From a candidate division FCPU426 bacterium (GTDB lineage Bacteria; Oederibacteriota; Muellerivitia; Muellerivitales; Muellerivitaceae): a DNA stretch of 64,000 nucleotides. The position numbers and the translations under genes were made by a program. Below the pieces are notes generated by a model, which worked only from the letters and a program-made list of their open reading frames with translations, did not search any database and was not told the origin of the DNA. The stretch is from NCBI GenBank assembly GCA_963738405.1, contig CAVTWJ010000013.1:31766-95765 (forward strand). Direction: 5' to 3'. Below are positions 20,530 to 31,022 of this stretch, one piece after another (position 1 is the stretch's first letter; the number at the start of each line of letters is the position of its first letter).

Positions 20530-20559
20530 AAAAAACCCAGGTTCTTTAGAATCTGGGTT
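20530..20559 (-). terminator. Terminator downstream of the tRNA, probably bidirectional
   Basis: AACCCAG/CTGGGTT stem; the flanking A-tract reads as a T-tract on the minus strand. Confidence 0.65.
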
Positions 20560-20566
20560 CGTGTTT

Positions 20567-20641
20567 TGGTAGCCCCACGGGGAATCGAACCCCGATTTAA
20601 TGGCTGAGAACCATCCGTCCTAACCGTTAGACGATGGGGCC
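20567..20641 (-). tRNA. tRNA-Glu (anticodon CTC)
   Basis: The reverse complement is GGCCCCATCGTCTAACGGTTAGGACGGATGGTTCTCAGCCATTAAATCGGGGTTCGATTCCCCGTGGGGCTACCA. It folds as a cloverleaf with anticodon loop TTCTCAG, a GTTCGA T-loop and a CCA end. Confidence 0.95.
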
Positions 20642-20789
20642 GTACCTCTTCGAAAATTCAAAAAGCATTAAAGAGGGATGGATTTTAGGAAAAACCAACC
20701 TAACTATCAACCTGGAATTTCCACTGCGAGCGGAGTCTGCAACAGGGCGCCCCATCCTCCATCCCGAAAATCTCGATTATAATCGCTTC

Positions 20790-22690
20790 GTGATTTCTCA
20801 ACTCGCCACCCATTTTTCCAAGGGCCGAAAGGTTTGGACCCAGCCTTGGGTTTGGGCTCTTCTTTCTTGTTTTCTCCTTTTAGCGCTCCTTGCTTGCCGC
20901 AAGGATTGGGACGCGGATTTGGGGATCCATTTAAAGGGAGGGCAATGGATCACGCAAAACCACCGGGTACCTTCCTCCGACGTTTATACCTACTCGGTCC
21001 CCGACCATCCTTTTCTTGATATCGAATGGCTCTACCAATGTGCTTTTTTCCTGATATTCCTCGCGGGGGGCTATTCGTCCGTTTCTGTTTTCAACATCCT
21101 TTTGATATTGCTAGCCTTCGGCGTCAGTTGGATGCGCTTAAGGGAAACCAGATGTCCCCTTTGGCTGGGGGTGCCCCTATTGGCTTGGGCGGTTTTAGCC
21201 TGCGAATTTCGTTTTCATGTCCGCCCAGAAAATCTTAGTTGGCTCCTCATGGTAGGAATGCTTTGGGTGTTGGAAGAAAGGGCCCGAGGTAGGCCAAACC
21301 GCCTTTGGCTTCTTCCTCTTCTGCAATGGGTGTGGGTCAATACAGAGGGGATGTTCCCTCTTGGGTTGGCCTTGATTGTCATTTTTCTGGTTTCCCACTG
21401 GATTCATAATCGCAAAATAGACATACCCTTGGCCGGTTATGGAGCCCTGTCCACCGCTGTTTGTTTTCTTAACCCTTACGGATTGGATGGGTTTCTTTAT
21501 CCCCTTGCCATTTTAAAAACCCTCCATTCGGAAGTCTTCAAAAGCAACATCATGGAGTTCGATTCGCCTTGGAACCCCATCCATCCCGACGCCATTCCGA
21601 ACCAGGTTTGGATGTACAAGATATTCTGCCTATTCCTCCTTCTGCTTTTGCTTGCCACCTTTCGACGGCGTAAGGCACATGAGTTTCTTCTGGCGGGGTT
21701 CTTTTTCTACTTTTCGGCTACGGGTGTGCGCCAAATACCTCTTTTCATACTCGCCTGCCTGCCTGTCGCTGGGGCCTGCTGGAAGGATTTGCCCTGGCTG
21801 GGTGTGCGTAAATTTCAGGAAACTTTTCTATCTGGCAACCTAACAGCCTGGGTCTTTTCCCTCTTACTCTTGGGTCTTGGGGTGAGGGTTGTGACCAACG
21901 CCTTTTACGTTTCCGGCCAAAGGCCTGAGCATTTTGGTTTGGGAGTGGATGGGGAATCCTTGCCGGTCCGCGCCGCCGATTTCCTGATTCAAAACCACCT
22001 GGACGGACGAATCCTCAATGAACTGGGGTGCGGGGATTGGCTGGAGTGGAGTGGGCAAAAGGTTTTCATTGACGGCCGGTCTGAAGTGTTCGGAGAGGAT
22101 TTTTTCTCCCAATATGTGTCTTCAAGGCAAGGAGGCGGGGTGATCCCTCTGGCGGATAAGTACCGGGCGGACATCATCTTTTTCTCGCTCCCCAATCCCT
22201 GGCTTGCTGGCCTGCAAGGGTCGGGTGACTGGCGGAATGTATATTATATATAGATGGAACGGCGGCGATTTTTCTCCGCAAGGGGTATGCCCCTGAAGTT
22301 CCGGCAGTCCAAGACGTCCAACTGATGAAGTCGGAGAGCGTCGGGGCGGATATTCTTAGCCAAGCCCCGGGCCTTTTGGCTTTACGCAAAACCTCGGACT
22401 GGAATGTTTTTTGGGAGGGTTTTTACCAACGCTCGATATATCCCATAAGGCTTGCCCGAATGGGGGCCTTTTTATTTTCAATGAACCATCCGCAGGCGGC
22501 GGTGGCCTTTTACCTGGAGGCGATACGCCGTAGTGGGGGGCGTATGGGCATCTTTTACCTCAATTTGGGCCAATTTTATTACGTACTGAAGGACTATCCC
22601 GATGCCAGACTTTGCTTGGAAAGGGTACTGGCGGACAACCCGCAAAATTCGCAGGCCCGGCACATTTTGGAAGCTTTACCGCCTTCTTAA
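20790..22690 (+). pseudogene. Frameshifted multi-TM GT-C-like membrane protein with a C-terminal TPR
   Basis: DLGIHLKGGQWI..D.YTY..EWLYQ, RPE, WVNTEG, NPYG and FIDGRSEVFG motifs. Stop at 22251; the frame resumes at 22253 (DGTAAIFLRKGYAPE) and is continuous with ORF 22325..22690 (TPR). Confidence 0.7.
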
Positions 22691-22820
22691 GGCGGGAAAT
22701 TTAATCAACCGCCTATCGCCTATTTCTGATCCAATATGATTTGCCGAACATCATTTAGGAAAAAAAGATTAAAACAGAGTGCGGAGGCAGTGCTTCAACC
22801 TCAGGCTGGGTTTCCTCAAG

Positions 22821-22855
22821 TTGAATATATGAATAAATAGGAATATATTCATATA
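22821..22855 (+). promoter_or_regulatory. Sigma70-type promoter overlapped by a 10-10-10 palindromic ArsR-type operator
   Basis: TTGAAT-17bp-TATATT; TATATGAATA (22826-22835) and TATTCATATA (22846-22855) are exact reverse complements. Confidence 0.7.
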
Positions 22856-22871
22856 ACTACGGGGAGGCCTT

Positions 22872-23204
22872 GTGATTGATCCATCCTTTGTTTTCAACAT
22901 CAAAGCAGACTTTCTGAAAGCCCTGGCCCATCCGGGCAGGCTCAGGATCATTGAGCACCTGAAGCACGGGGAAAAATCGGTCAACGAAATGTGTAAGGCC
23001 TTGGAAATGGAGCAATCCGGCCTTTCCAAGCACCTGTCCGTCCTGAAACAGGCGGGAATCCTGAGTTCCCGCCAGGAAAAGGTGACCGTGTTCTATTTTG
23101 TCAGGGACAAGGGAATCTACGATGTTTTGAAACCCATTACCCTATTCCTGAAAAAAAAGTTTAAAGAGAGCCAGGTCATGTTGGATCAATTGGCTAAAAA
23201 CTAA
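22872..23204 (+). CDS. ArsR/SmtB-family transcriptional repressor
   Basis: KADFLKALAHPGRLRII..EKSVNE..QSGLSKHLSVLKQAGIL; GGAGG RBS before GTG. Confidence 0.92.
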   Translation: MIDPSFVFNIKADFLKALAHPGRLRIIEHLKHGEKSVNEMCKALEMEQSGLSKHLSVLKQAGILSSRQEKVTVFYFVRDKGIYDVLKPITLFLKKKFKESQVMLDQLAKN

Positions 23205-23309
23205 GATAAAACCAACAAATGAAGTTTCCCCTATTTTCCCGGCTTGAAAAGGGAATGACGGTGGATTTTAAGTAAAAGCCCAAATTCATGCCATGCTTGG
23301 AGATTAACA

Positions 23310-23969
23310 ATGCAGTGGACGGTTAAGGAAGCCAGCGTATTTCTGCAGGTCCCGGAAGACACCCTCTTCGACTGGATCGATAAAAGAGCCCTGCCAGCCA
23401 CCCGTTTCAACGGTCGGTACCATTTCAACCGTTTGAAATTGACGGATTGGGCCCACGAAAACGGGGTACCCCTTCTCATTCCCAATGGGGTTGATTTGCC
23501 CTCCTTAAGAGAGGCTTTGGAAGTGGGGGGGATTTACGAAAACATCCAGGGCGTTGATAAACCCGAGATCTTCAAAAATATCATGAAGCTTTTAAATATC
23601 CCGGAGGAAGAAGACCGGGAACTGGTTTGCCAAATGATCCTTTCCCGGGAGAGGGAAGGTTCCACCGAATTGGGAAACGGCATCGCCATTCCCCATGCCC
23701 GGCACCCGATTTTGCTCCATGTGGCGAAGCCCATGGTAGCCCTTTGCTATTTGAAAAACCCCGTCCCCTTTGGGGAATCGGATCGGCCCCCGGTTTCCGT
23801 CCTTTTCGTGATCCTTTCCCCCAGCATCCGGATGCATTTGCATTTCCTGGAGAGGCTAGGGTACGCGCTCCGGGACGATGAGTTTTCCAGCCTGGTGCTA
23901 TCCCGTGCGCATCCAACGAAAATCATGGACCGGCTGGCGGTTCTGAAGGATCAGTTGGAAAAGCGGTAA
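23310..23969 (+). CDS. Excisionase-type HTH fused to a PTS EIIA (Ntr/Fru-type) domain
   Basis: WTVKEASVFLQVPEDTLFDWI (HTH_17-like); REREGSTELGNGIAIPHAR contains the phospho-His. Confidence 0.9.
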   Translation: MQWTVKEASVFLQVPEDTLFDWIDKRALPATRFNGRYHFNRLKLTDWAHENGVPLLIPNGVDLPSLREALEVGGIYENIQGVDKPEIFKNIMKLLNIPEEEDRELVCQMILSREREGSTELGNGIAIPHARHPILLHVAKPMVALCYLKNPVPFGESDRPPVSVLFVILSPSIRMHLHFLERLGYALRDDEFSSLVLSRAHPTKIMDRLAVLKDQLEKR

Positions 23970-24042
23970 CGGTTTTGGGTTGGTGAATGAAGGACGACAC
24001 CTTGGCTGGATGGGTTGGAAGCGGAAAGGAAGCAACGATTCT

Positions 24043-26043
24043 ATGGGTTTGATCCTTGTACTCATCGCGCTTGCGGGCCTGGGTATCGTTGAAATAGCCG
24101 TCCTGCCCTTCAGGCGCCGATCCAACCTCGGACAGTATCTTTCCGCAGGCCTCACCCTCCTTTCCTCCCTCTGCGGGGGAATTGGTTTGGCGGATTATTA
24201 TTCCGCGGGTGTTCCGCCCTCCATCGGCATGCCCTGGCAAGTTCCGGGAGGGTCCATCGCCCTGGAGCTCGACGGATTGACGGCCTTTTTCCTGATTCCT
24301 GTTTTCCTTGTCTCTGGCCTTGGGGCGCTCTTTGGCCTGGAATACTGGAAACAATCGGAGAATCTCGAAAGCGGCAAGGGCCTCAGGCTCTTTTATGGTC
24401 TTCTTTCCCTGGGTATGGGGCTTCTGCTTCTGGCCCGCAACAGCCTTCTTTTCCTGGCGGGTTGGGAAATCATGGCGGTGGCCGCCTACTTTTTGATCGT
24501 GGTGGAGGATAAGGAAAAAAACGTAAGGCAGGCTGGCTGGATCTATTGGGTCTCAGCCCATCTGGGGCTCGCCGCGCTGATGGTGATGTTTCTGCTGATG
24601 CGAAACCTACTGGGGACCTTCGATTGGTCGGTTCTTCCGCTGGATTCGTCGGTGGATTTCCGCTGCTCTGCCCTGTTTTTATTGGCCCTTTTCGGATTTG
24701 GCTTTAAGGCCGGGCTCATGCCTTTTCATTTCTGGCTTCCCCGGGCCCATTCCAGCGCCCCCAGCCATGTTTCTGGAATCATGTCCGGCGTGATGTTGAA
24801 CATGGGGGTTTACGGGATGATCCGCGTCCTGGGTTACCTTCCGCACCCCCCGATTTGGTGGGGAGTCCTGATGCTGGGGATGGGAACTGCCTCCGGTGTC
24901 TTGGGAATCCTTCTGGCCATCGCCGAAAGCGATCTGAAGCGCATGCTGGCCTACAGCAGTATCGAAAATATTGGGATCATTTTCATGGGTTTGGGTCTCG
25001 CCTTGATCGGGCGTTCCTCAGGGAACAGCCTCCTGCTTCAATTGGGGATGATGGCGGCGCTTTTCCATGTGCTCAACCATAGCCTGTTCAAGACCGCTCT
25101 TTTTTATTGTTCGGGTTCGGTTTTGCACGCTTGCCACACCCGCCGGATGGACCACCTGGGAGGCTTGATCCCGATTCTTCCCCTCACCGGGTTGGCTTTC
25201 GTTATCGCCTCCTGCGCGGCCTGCGGCCTCCCCCCTTTAAACGGGTTCATCGGCGAATGGATTCTCTACCAGGGGTTTTTCCACCTGTCGGCGGCTGGTT
25301 CCATTTTTTACGCCCTCCTGGGAACCCTGGCCATCGGGGGATTGGCCCTGATTGGTACTTTAAGTGTGGTTTGTTTCGTAAGGGCTTTCGGGACCCTATT
25401 TCTGGGATCGCCCCGATTTTCATTGAAACCCCACGATCAAGAAAAGAAAGGGTTCATGATCTTCACCCTGTCCCTGTTGTTGGGGGGCTGCATGGGACTG
25501 GCCTTTCTTCCCGGACGAATCCTTTTTATATTAGGAAAAGCGATGGAAACCTGGGAAAGCGGGAGCGTCCCTTCCTCCCTCGAAAGCCTGGTTCCCTTGG
25601 GGGTTCTGGCCCTGTTGAACCTATCGTTATTGATTGTTTTTGGAGCCGGAGTGGGTTGGTTTGCCCTGAGGAAAAAAAAGTTCCTTTTCCAACAGCCCCA
25701 GGCTTTGGAAACTTGGAGCTGCGGATATAACGGGCCAACTTCCCCCCGGGTGCAATACACGGCTTCCTCCTTCGGGGAAATCCTCTCGGGGGTCTACCAG
25801 TGGGCCATTCCCTCCCGGCTTCATCAGCCGAACGTGAAGGGGCCTTTACCCCCACCCTCCTGGTTTGCCACCCTTCCTTTTGACCGCATCTTGGGCGGAA
25901 TCCTGATTCCTTCCATCCGGTCCTGGGGCGACAGAGTTTCGGTGCTCTTAAAGCTGCAACAGGGCCGAACCTCCATTTATCTTCTTTATATTGTGGTTGT
26001 TTTCATCGCGGCCCTTTGCTGGGGAAGTTGGAGCCTGCCATGA
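24043..26043 (+). CDS. hyfB: Ehr/hydrogenase-4 antiporter-like membrane subunit, HyfB/EhrA-type copy 1
   Basis: FLAGWEIM, KAGLMPFHFWLPRAHSSAPSHVS, LAYSSIENIG, NHSLFK, GLPPLNGF and WSCGY..QYTASSF. Confidence 0.88.
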   Translation: MGLILVLIALAGLGIVEIAVLPFRRRSNLGQYLSAGLTLLSSLCGGIGLADYYSAGVPPSIGMPWQVPGGSIALELDGLTAFFLIPVFLVSGLGALFGLEYWKQSENLESGKGLRLFYGLLSLGMGLLLLARNSLLFLAGWEIMAVAAYFLIVVEDKEKNVRQAGWIYWVSAHLGLAALMVMFLLMRNLLGTFDWSVLPLDSSVDFRCSALFLLALFGFGFKAGLMPFHFWLPRAHSSAPSHVSGIMSGVMLNMGVYGMIRVLGYLPHPPIWWGVLMLGMGTASGVLGILLAIAESDLKRMLAYSSIENIGIIFMGLGLALIGRSSGNSLLLQLGMMAALFHVLNHSLFKTALFYCSGSVLHACHTRRMDHLGGLIPILPLTGLAFVIASCAACGLPPLNGFIGEWILYQGFFHLSAAGSIFYALLGTLAIGGLALIGTLSVVCFVRAFGTLFLGSPRFSLKPHDQEKKGFMIFTLSLLLGGCMGLAFLPGRILFILGKAMETWESGSVPSSLESLVPLGVLALLNLSLLIVFGAGVGWFALRKKKFLFQQPQALETWSCGYNGPTSPRVQYTASSFGEILSGVYQWAIPSRLHQPNVKGPLPPPSWFATLPFDRILGGILIPSIRSWGDRVSVLLKLQQGRTSIYLLYIVVVFIAALCWGSWSLP

Positions 26044-28022
26044 CGCCACTCCTTCTTTATACCGCCCTGGGACTGGTGGCTTTCAGCGGCGTTCCCGGTT
26101 TGTTTTTCAACCGTCAATCCATGGGCGGGCAATGGCTTTCCATCCCCTTGTTTTGCGTGGGGTCGGCGGCGGGTTTGATCGCGGCCTTCACGTCTTTGAT
26201 CCATGGCGTGAGTGAAGTTTGGACCCTGCCCCTTACGGTTTGCGGAGGGAATATTTCATTCTTGCTCGACCCCCTCGCCTCCGTTTTTCTGGCCAGCATC
26301 TTCCTTATTTCCGCTTTGGGATCCATCTTTGGCTTGGAATATTGGAAACAGACCCAACATCCGTTTAACGGCGCAAAGCTGAGGTTTTTTTACGGTTTTC
26401 TGGCGGCGGGGATGGCCCTGGTGGTGGTCGCCCATGATTCCATCTTTTTCCTTTTTGCCTGGGAGGTCATGGCCCTCTCGGCTTTTTTCCTTATCACCAC
26501 CGAGGATGAAAAAAAGGAAGCCCGGCAGGCCGGATGGCTTTATTTCGTCGCCACCCACTTTTCCACCCTTTTCCTTTTCGCTTTTTTCGCCTTTCTCCGA
26601 CAGGCCGAAGGGTCCTTCGAAATCCTTCCCTTGAAGGCGGGGGATATCTCCGCCTCGGGCGCCAGCGGACTTTTCCTCCTGGCCCTGTTGGCTTTTGGCC
26701 TGAAGGCGGGCCTGTTTCCCCTCCATGTTTGGCTGCCTTCCGCCCACGCGAACGCACCCAGCCATGTTTCGGCGATTCTGTCCGGCGTGTTGCTCAAGGT
26801 CGGGGTCTATGGCTTGATGAGGGTGTGCTGGCTTTTCTCGGACCCGCCCCTCTGGTGGGGAACACTCCTGGTCGTGATGGGAATCCTTTCCTCCGTGTTG
26901 GGAGTGGCTTTCGCCCTGGGTCAGCACGATCTCAAAAGGCTGTTGGCTTATCACAGCGTGGAAAACATAGGGATCATCTTCCTGGGGTTGGGGCTGGCGC
27001 TCATCGGCAGGGCCGTGGGGAGGAGCGACCTGGTTTTGCTGGGGATGGCGGGAGCCTTGCTCCACGTTTGGAACCATGGCCTGTTCAAATCACTTCTTTT
27101 CCTCGGGGCGGGGTCGGTGATCCATGCCCTCCACACCCGGGAAATCGACCTTATGGGGGGAGTGGGGAAGAAGATGCCGCAGACATCCCTGTTGTTCCTG
27201 GTGGGTTCGGTGGCCATTTGCGGCCTCCCCCCCTTGAACGGATTCATCAGCGAGTTTCTGATTTTCCTCGGATTTTTCAGATGCCTGACCCTGTCGGGGA
27301 TGGAAGGGAACCTGGGATTGTGGATGGGCGCGCCCGCGTTGGCCCTGACGGGGGCCCTGGCTTTGGCCTGTTTCACGAAGGTTTACGGGGCCGTTTTTCT
27401 AGGATCTCCCCGGTCGCCTTCGGTTCCCGAGGCGAGGGAAGGGGGAAGGGCTATTTTATTTCCAATGATTTTGCTCGGATTCCTGTGTTTTGGGATCGGC
27501 TTGTTTCCCCAAACGGTGGCGCCTCTTTTGGAATCCGCGGTCCGGTGCTGGGAACCCTTGTCGGGTGCAGCCGCCCCCACGCTGGCGGGCTGCGCCCCCT
27601 TAAACGTTTTTTCGGGCATGGGAATTACCTTTTTGGCTGTTTTGCTCATCGGAATTTATTGGCTCAACCGGAGGCCCAAAGACGGGAAAGAACCATCCCC
27701 TGTTTTAACGTGGGATTGCGGGTATATCCATCCGACCCCTTCCATGCAATACACCGCTTCTTCCTATGCCCAAACCTTGGTCGATTTTTTCAAATGGGTT
27801 TTGGTGCCTGAAAAAAGTTCCATCCAGATCAAAGGGAATTTTCCGAAAAGGATTACTTTCCACAGCCATGTGCCGGAAACCGTTTTGGAATGGATCCTGA
27901 TGCCCCTGGTTCGGGGGGGGCAATGGACACTCAAGTGGTTCAGGTATCTCCAGACTGGTTATCTGCAATCCTACGTTTTTTATATTTTTCTCACACTGCT
28001 GTTTTTTATTCTTTGGAGGTAG
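26040..28022 (+). CDS. hyfB: Ehr/hydrogenase-4 antiporter-like membrane subunit, HyfB/EhrA-type copy 2
   Basis: FAWEVM, KAGLFPLHVWLP, LAYHSVENIG, NHGLFK and WDCGY..MQYTASS; ATGA coupling. Confidence 0.88.
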   Translation: MTPLLLYTALGLVAFSGVPGLFFNRQSMGGQWLSIPLFCVGSAAGLIAAFTSLIHGVSEVWTLPLTVCGGNISFLLDPLASVFLASIFLISALGSIFGLEYWKQTQHPFNGAKLRFFYGFLAAGMALVVVAHDSIFFLFAWEVMALSAFFLITTEDEKKEARQAGWLYFVATHFSTLFLFAFFAFLRQAEGSFEILPLKAGDISASGASGLFLLALLAFGLKAGLFPLHVWLPSAHANAPSHVSAILSGVLLKVGVYGLMRVCWLFSDPPLWWGTLLVVMGILSSVLGVAFALGQHDLKRLLAYHSVENIGIIFLGLGLALIGRAVGRSDLVLLGMAGALLHVWNHGLFKSLLFLGAGSVIHALHTREIDLMGGVGKKMPQTSLLFLVGSVAICGLPPLNGFISEFLIFLGFFRCLTLSGMEGNLGLWMGAPALALTGALALACFTKVYGAVFLGSPRSPSVPEAREGGRAILFPMILLGFLCFGIGLFPQTVAPLLESAVRCWEPLSGAAAPTLAGCAPLNVFSGMGITFLAVLLIGIYWLNRRPKDGKEPSPVLTWDCGYIHPTPSMQYTASSYAQTLVDFFKWVLVPEKSSIQIKGNFPKRITFHSHVPETVLEWILMPLVRGGQWTLKWFRYLQTGYLQSYVFYIFLTLLFFILWR

Positions 28023-28030
28023 TAAATCGG

Positions 28031-28939
28031 ATGATTCTTAATTCTGTGATCCATATTTTCCTGATCCTGTTCCTATCTCCCATTCTTTTGGGGGTCATCA
28101 ACAAGACGAAAGCGCTCATCGCTGGGCGGGTGGGGCCGCCGCTTCTCCAGACCTATTTCGATCTGCTGAAACTTTTCAGGAAAGGAATGGTTTTCAGCCG
28201 GACCACCACTTGGGTGTTCCGGGCGGGGCCCCTGGTAGGTTGGGTTTCTGTCTTTGCCGCTTCCTTGATCGTTCCATTGGGACATCACAGGGCTCCCTTG
28301 GCTTTTCAGGGCGACATGATCTTCCTCGTTTATTTATTGGCCTTGGGACGGTTCTTCATGGCTTCCGCCGCTTTGGACACGGGATCTTCCTTCGAGGGGA
28401 TGGGGGCTTCCCGGGAGGTTTCCTTCGCGTCATTCGCCGAACCTGCCTTGTTTTTTGGTTTTCTCGCCCTCGCGAGGCTGTCCCAGACCTTCAGCCTGTC
28501 GGACATGGTTTTGGGTGAAAACTTCAGGGTCGGACCGGAAAAAACAGCGTCCCTGATCCTGATCACCGTCGCTTGGTTTATTGTCCTCCTGGCCGAGAAC
28601 AGCCGCATCCCCTTCGATGATCCCAATACCCATTTGGAATTGACCATGGTCCATGAGGTCATGGTGTTGGACCATAGCGGGCCCGCCTTGGGGCTCATCC
28701 TGCACGGGTCTTCCATGAAACTTCTTTTGATGGGCGCCCTCGTCATGGACGTCGCCCTCCCCTGGGACACCTCCAGCCTGGCGGATTGGTTCGCCTTCAT
28801 CCTGGAGATGGGATTGCTGGCCATTCTTATCGGTTTGGTCGAGTCTTTCATCGCCCGGTTGAGGTTGGAGTTCATCCCGAATCTCTTGGTTTCGGCCTGT
28901 CTTTTGTCGGCCTTCGGCTTCATTCTTTTGGTGAGGTGA
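28031..28939 (+). CDS. hyfC: HyfC/EhrB (NuoH-like) membrane subunit
   Basis: GRVGPPLLQTYFDLLKL, DTGSSFEGMGASRE and ENSRIPFDDPNTHLELTMVHE. Confidence 0.92.
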   Translation: MILNSVIHIFLILFLSPILLGVINKTKALIAGRVGPPLLQTYFDLLKLFRKGMVFSRTTTWVFRAGPLVGWVSVFAASLIVPLGHHRAPLAFQGDMIFLVYLLALGRFFMASAALDTGSSFEGMGASREVSFASFAEPALFFGFLALARLSQTFSLSDMVLGENFRVGPEKTASLILITVAWFIVLLAENSRIPFDDPNTHLELTMVHEVMVLDHSGPALGLILHGSSMKLLLMGALVMDVALPWDTSSLADWFAFILEMGLLAILIGLVESFIARLRLEFIPNLLVSACLLSAFGFILLVR

Positions 28940-28943
28940 AAAA

Positions 28944-29585
28944 ATGGAAATCGGGATCAATTCACTCATCGTTGTGGTGATCTTGCTGAATTTCCTCGCC
29001 TTGGGCTCCAGCCAGATCGGGATCGTCATCCGCCTATCGGCCATCCAGGGGGTCCTGCTGGGGCTCATGCCCCTTCTCATGGAGGGGTTTGGGGAAATCC
29101 ATATGCCGTTGCTGACCTTGGCCATCATCTCCCTCAAGGGTTTTTTGATCCCGTCCCTTCTCTTCAAGGCCATGCGAGACGTGAAAATCCGCCGCGAAGT
29201 GGAGCCGCTTTTGGGCTTTATCCCCTCGATGCTCTTGGGGGCGCTCGGAACGATCCTTGGGATACTGTTCTCGAATCACCTTCCCCTGATCCCTCTTCAT
29301 AAGGAATACCTGATCCTGCCCGGCTCTTTTTCCACGATCGCCTCTGGGTTCATCATGCTCACCACCCGCCACAAGGCCATTACCCAGGTGGTGGGCTTCC
29401 TGATCCTTGAGAATGGGATATTCATTTTCGGGCTGCTTCTGCTGGGAACGATGCCTTTTTTGGTGGAGGTCGGCGTTTTATTGGATTTGTTCGTCTGTGT
29501 GTTCGTCCTCGGAATCATTTTGAACCATATCCAGAAGGCTTTTTCGTCGCTGGACTCGAATAAATTAACTTCCTTAAAGGAATAA
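28944..29585 (+). CDS. hyfE: HyfE/EhrC membrane subunit
   Basis: REVEP, QVVGFLILENGI and VEVGVLLD. Confidence 0.9.
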   Translation: MEIGINSLIVVVILLNFLALGSSQIGIVIRLSAIQGVLLGLMPLLMEGFGEIHMPLLTLAIISLKGFLIPSLLFKAMRDVKIRREVEPLLGFIPSMLLGALGTILGILFSNHLPLIPLHKEYLILPGSFSTIASGFIMLTTRHKAITQVVGFLILENGIFIFGLLLLGTMPFLVEVGVLLDLFVCVFVLGIILNHIQKAFSSLDSNKLTSLKE

Positions 29586-29589
29586 CCGG

Positions 29590-31022
29590 ATGCTTTACGT
29601 GATTTTGTTCATACCTTTTTTGGGCGGGGCGGCGGCATACCTTTTCCCGTCCAATCGCTTTCGCCCCTTCCTGCTCCCGGTTTTTTCATTTGCCCATCTT
29701 TTATGCGTCTTGAGTGTTTTGGGCCGGAATGATTTGTCGGCCGCGCAGGGTTGGCTGTTCTTGGACCCGCTCGGGAAATTGGTTTTGGTGGTCGTCAGTG
29801 TTTTGTTTTCTGTTTGTTTCCTTTACGCTCCGGCTTACCTTTGGGTCAGGAGGGAATGGTCGAACCGCGTTTTTTGCAGTTGCCTTCTTTTCTTGCTGGC
29901 GCTTTTATCCCTCGTCACTTTTTCCAGGCAAGTAGGCCTGATGTGGGTGGCCATCGAGGCCACTTCCCTGGTCAGCGCCCCGCTGATTTATTTCAACCAC
30001 AACAACCGTTCCATTGAGGCGGCCTGGAAATTCCTCCTGGTCTGCTCCGTGGGGATTGCCCTGGCGCTTTTGGGCTCGTTCTTTTTAGGCTATTCCGCCC
30101 TCGTCGGGGGGGTGTCCTCGACCCTGATGATGGATGATCTGGCTCGGTCGGCGCAGTCGCTTTCCAAGCCTTGGCTTCACGCCGCCTTCGCGGCCCTGTT
30201 AGTCGGCTATGGGACCAAAATGGGGTTGGCTCCCCTCCACACTTGGAAACCCGACGCCTATGGGGAGTCCCCGGGCCTGGTGGGGGCCTTGATGGCGGGC
30301 GGGATAACCAGTTGCGCCTTCCTGGCGATCTTGCGTGTCACCAAGATTCTTCACGCCGCCGGGGAAGGGTTTTTCGCGGACCGGGCCTTGATGGGGCTGG
30401 GGCTTTTGTCCATCGCCTTCGGGGCCGTCTTCATGGCCCGGCAAAAGGATTTCAAGAGGATGCTGGCCTATTCGAGCGTGGAGCACATGGGCATCCTGGT
30501 GTTGGGCGTGAGCATGGGCGGGATCGGGATCTTCGGGTCGTTTCTTCACCTCGTCAACAACGCCCTGACCAAGGGGATTTTGTTCCTCTCCGCGGGAAAC
30601 ATTCATCGCGCCTATAACAGCAAATCGACGGATGATGTTTCGGGGGCGATCCGGAGGCTTCCGGTGTCCGGTTATCTGTTCCTGGCCGGGTTCATCGCCA
30701 TCACCGGCTCGCCCCCTTTCGGGCCTTTCTTAAGCGAGTTCACGATTTTGAGATCCATCTTTGAGAACCACCAATACCTCGTGGGGGGGGGGTTCTCTTT
30801 CTGCTGATGGCGGTTTTCATGGGCATGGGAAGCACGGTGCTGGCGGTTTGCTTGGGGGAACCTTCGGACGCGGCGAAGGCAACTGATTTTCATGACAGTT
30901 TTTTCCTGGTCCTGCCGCCCCTGCTGATGATGGGGCTGGTTCTGCTCTTGGGCCTTTATATCCCCGATTCCGTTATGAAGCTTATTCAGGACGCGGTGAA
31001 TGATTGGAGTATCCTCTCATGA
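29590..31022 (+). pseudogene. hyfF: HyfF/EhrD antiporter-like subunit, frameshifted at a G10 tract (or a sequencing error)
   Basis: EAAWKF, GTKMGLAPLHTWKPDAY and KRMLAYSSVEHMG. The frame breaks at the G-run 30783-30792, and the remainder (..LFLLMAVFMGMG..) ends in an ATGA overlap with the next gene. Confidence 0.8.

Noticed and set aside
20567..20641. tRNA-Glu as an integration site for a genomic island
   Set aside because: No integrase was seen, I noticed no duplicated tRNA 3' end, and ordinary M16 genes lie on its 3' side.
20634..20790. N-terminal extension of ORF 20634..22253
   Set aside because: It overlaps the tRNA and its upstream region; GTG 20790, just after a TATAAT, is a more plausible start.
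23310..23470. Excisionase-like HTH as evidence of a prophage
   Set aside because: It is fused to PTS EIIA within a metabolic operon and there are no phage genes.
26534..27811. 425-aa alternative-frame ORF, and other long overlapping ORFs such as 17661..18599 and 26256..27077
   Set aside because: They overlap well-supported genes and have the low-information Gly/Arg/Pro or antisense composition typical of GC-rich shadow frames.
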